Shown here piece after piece: positions 44,092-45,914 of a stretch of DNA of 45,914 bases. Under the pieces are notes generated by a model. That model searched no databases, was not told where the DNA came from, and was given only the letters and a program-made list of their open reading frames with translations. The stretch is from Candidatus Cloacimonadota bacterium (GTDB lineage Bacteria; Hydrothermota; E44-bin80). The stretch covers positions 1 to 45,914 of the forward strand of contig DAOVSH010000002.1 of NCBI GenBank assembly GCA_030633565.1, in the 5' to 3' direction. Numbering within the stretch: the first letter of the stretch is position 1; the number at the start of each line of letters is the position of its first letter. The position numbers and the translations under genes were made by a program.

Positions 44092-45648
44092 ATGAAAAAG
44101 AACCTCAGATGGAAATTTATATTTTTCTTAATCGTGCTTGCTTCCGCTCTATGGCAGTTATCATATACATTCCGCTACTCGCAAATGTCAAATGAAGAAC
44201 TCGCCAACTTAGATCCTAAAGAGAGAAAAAAACTTGAGGATAGAACTATTCACCTTGGTCTTGATCTCAAAGGAGGTATGCATCTTATTCTTGAAGTTGA
44301 TAAATCCAAACTCAGCGATGAGGAGAAGAAAGGTGCAACGGATAGAGCCCTGGAAATTATTAGAAACAGGATTGACCAGTTTGGTGTTTCAGAACCAACA
44401 ATAGAAAAACAGCAGGGAGCAGACAGGATTTTGATCCAACTACCAGGAGTTGCTGATAGAGACAGAGCTAAGGAGATTATTGGAAAAACCGCACTTCTTG
44501 AATTCAGGCTTGTGGAAGAAAGAGAAGCAGAACAAAACCTTCTTTTAAAAATAGATGAGCATCTGGCTCAGGATAAAGGAGAAGACACGTTGGTCTCTGA
44601 ATCAAATCCACTCCTATCTAATATTGAAGTAATACGAGGTAGTTTTTTTGTACTCACTGATTTCAAACAAGAAGTCGATGACTACTTAAAAAGAGAAGAT
44701 GTAAAGAATCTGATACCAAGGGATAGAGAATTTCTATGGGCAAAGGCAGAAGAAATTGAAGGTAGAAAGATGTTTTCCCTTCTTCTTGTTCACTCTGAAC
44801 CCGTTTTAACTGGAGCAGCAATACTAACAGCAGATGCTGGAATAGGAACTGCGAACAATCCTATGGGAGTGAAGGTCGATTTAACGATGACAAGAAAAGC
44901 TCGAGCAAAATGGGCTGCAATTACAGGAGCAAATGTAGGCAAAAGGATTGCAATTGTACTTGACGATATTGTCCAATCTGATCCTGTTGTGAGAGAACGT
45001 ATACCAAGCGGTCGATCTGAAATTACCTTAGGAAATGCTACAATGGAGGAAGCGAAGGACTTATCTGTTATTCTCAGAGCCGGTGCTCTTCCAGCTCCAG
45101 TAAAAATCGTAGAGGAACGTTCGGTTGGACCTTCACTCGGAACTGATTCGGTAAGAAAAGGAGTCAGATCTATCGTTATTGGTGGAGCAATCATTATCGT
45201 CTTTATGCTTATCTATTATGGTCTATCAGGGTTTGTTGCAGATTTTGCACTTTGCCTGAACCTTTTATTCATCCTTGCTATCCTTTCTGCATTCAAATTT
45301 ACTCTTACCCTCCCTGGGCTTGCCGGCATAGTACTAACAGTAGGCGCTGCAATAGATGCAAATGTCCTTATATTTGAAAGGATAAGAGAAGAATTACGCT
45401 CAGGTAAGACCGTTGGGTCTGCAATATCTTCGGGGTATCAGAAGGCATTCGTTACCATCCTTGATGCAAACGTTACAACCTTTATAATCGCTGTCATTCT
45501 CTATTTCTTCGGAACGGGACCAATCAAGGGTTTCGCAATAACTCTTGGAATTGGCATACTTGCTAACTTCTTTACTGCAATCGTCGTAACCAGAATGATA
45601 TTTGATTTTGGTACTGGTGTTTTAAGAATAAAAAGGATTTCAATATAG
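44092..45648 (+). CDS. secD: Protein translocase subunit SecD
   Basis: 518 aa. N-terminal TM, a large periplasmic domain, and a C-terminal 5-TM block with LTLPGLAGIVLTVGAAIDANVLIFERIREE. GGGAGG RBS upstream. Confidence 0.92.
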   Translation: MKKNLRWKFIFFLIVLASALWQLSYTFRYSQMSNEELANLDPKERKKLEDRTIHLGLDLKGGMHLILEVDKSKLSDEEKKGATDRALEIIRNRIDQFGVSEPTIEKQQGADRILIQLPGVADRDRAKEIIGKTALLEFRLVEEREAEQNLLLKIDEHLAQDKGEDTLVSESNPLLSNIEVIRGSFFVLTDFKQEVDDYLKREDVKNLIPRDREFLWAKAEEIEGRKMFSLLLVHSEPVLTGAAILTADAGIGTANNPMGVKVDLTMTRKARAKWAAITGANVGKRIAIVLDDIVQSDPVVRERIPSGRSEITLGNATMEEAKDLSVILRAGALPAPVKIVEERSVGPSLGTDSVRKGVRSIVIGGAIIIVFMLIYYGLSGFVADFALCLNLLFILAILSAFKFTLTLPGLAGIVLTVGAAIDANVLIFERIREELRSGKTVGSAISSGYQKAFVTILDANVTTFIIAVILYFFGTGPIKGFAITLGIGILANFFTAIVVTRMIFDFGTGVLRIKRISI

Positions 45649-45657
45649 GAGCTATTT

Positions 45658-45914
45658 ATGATACAAATACTTAAGGGAACACATTTCGACTTTATTAAAG
45701 CAAGGAAAAAAGCGTTTATTGTGTCCCTCGTTCTTATAGTTGTTGGAATTATATTTTTAATCATAAGAGGGGGATTGAATTATGGTATTGACTTTTCCGG
45801 AGGATCTTTAATTCAATTGCATTTTGAAAAACCTATCTCAACAGCAGAGATAAGAAAAGCCCTGAGTGAAATCGGTTATACAAATGTTCAGATTCAGAAA
45901 TTCGGAACAACACA
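45658..45914 (+). CDS. secF: Protein translocase subunit SecF (5' part; continues beyond the window)
   Basis: The ATG at 45658 follows a GGAG RBS. It reads MIQILKGTHFDFIKARKKAFIVSLVLIVVGIIFLIIRGGLNYGIDFSGGSLIQ..., a typical SecF N-terminus immediately after secD. Confidence 0.88.
   Translation, partial: MIQILKGTHFDFIKARKKAFIVSLVLIVVGIIFLIIRGGLNYGIDFSGGSLIQLHFEKPISTAEIRKALSEIGYTNVQIQKFGTT

Noticed and set aside
1-45914. A scan for tRNA, rRNA, tmRNA, RNase P, SRP RNA and other riboswitches
   Set aside because: Apart from the FMN element, I recognised no conserved core motifs (T-loop GTTCGAATC-type, GGAAAGTCCGG, SRP GGAAGCAGCC-type). The absence was judged by eye and should be confirmed with covariance-model searches.

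Overview
This is a 45.9-kb, mostly AT-rich bacterial chromosomal segment (about one-third GC, judged by eye). It comes from a diderm organism: it carries late lipid A genes (lpxB-DUF374-waaA-lpxK), an O-antigen-ligase-like gene, a beta-barrel OMP and secDF. Most content is housekeeping: an FMN-riboswitch-controlled ribD-ribE-ribBA-ribH-nusB cluster, ispD, buk, bioY, an aldehyde dehydrogenase, recJ, purA, and M23 and M50 peptidases. Signalling proteins are also present: GAF-GAF-HD-GYP, a tandem-cyclase/STAND/TPR protein, a patatin and a DUF4388 protein. I saw no rRNA, tRNA or CRISPR array. Six things are not routine. (1) A roughly 1.1-kb GC-rich single-gene island (a Zn alcohol dehydrogenase) sits beside the first 16 codons of a Y1/RayT-type transposase at the left edge. 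(2) Three intergenic composite elements share an identical 24-nt GTAG-hairpin core that resembles a REP, each preceded by heptanucleotide repeat arrays. (3) One of these elements coincides with a 262-bp tandem duplication of the ispD 5' end. (4) A metallophosphoesterase is translationally coupled to three paralogous CxxCGA-x12-CxxC zinc-ribbon proteins of no family I recognise. This is my best candidate for an undescribed module. (5) pgeF carries an in-frame TAA, a lipoprotein signal peptide has no canonical start codon, and two promoters predict leaderless mRNAs. (6) An orphan JAMM/MPN gene lies in a bioY-HD-JAB-PHP-buk chain. All calls rest on motif recognition by eye and the supplied ORF track; no database search or computation was run.
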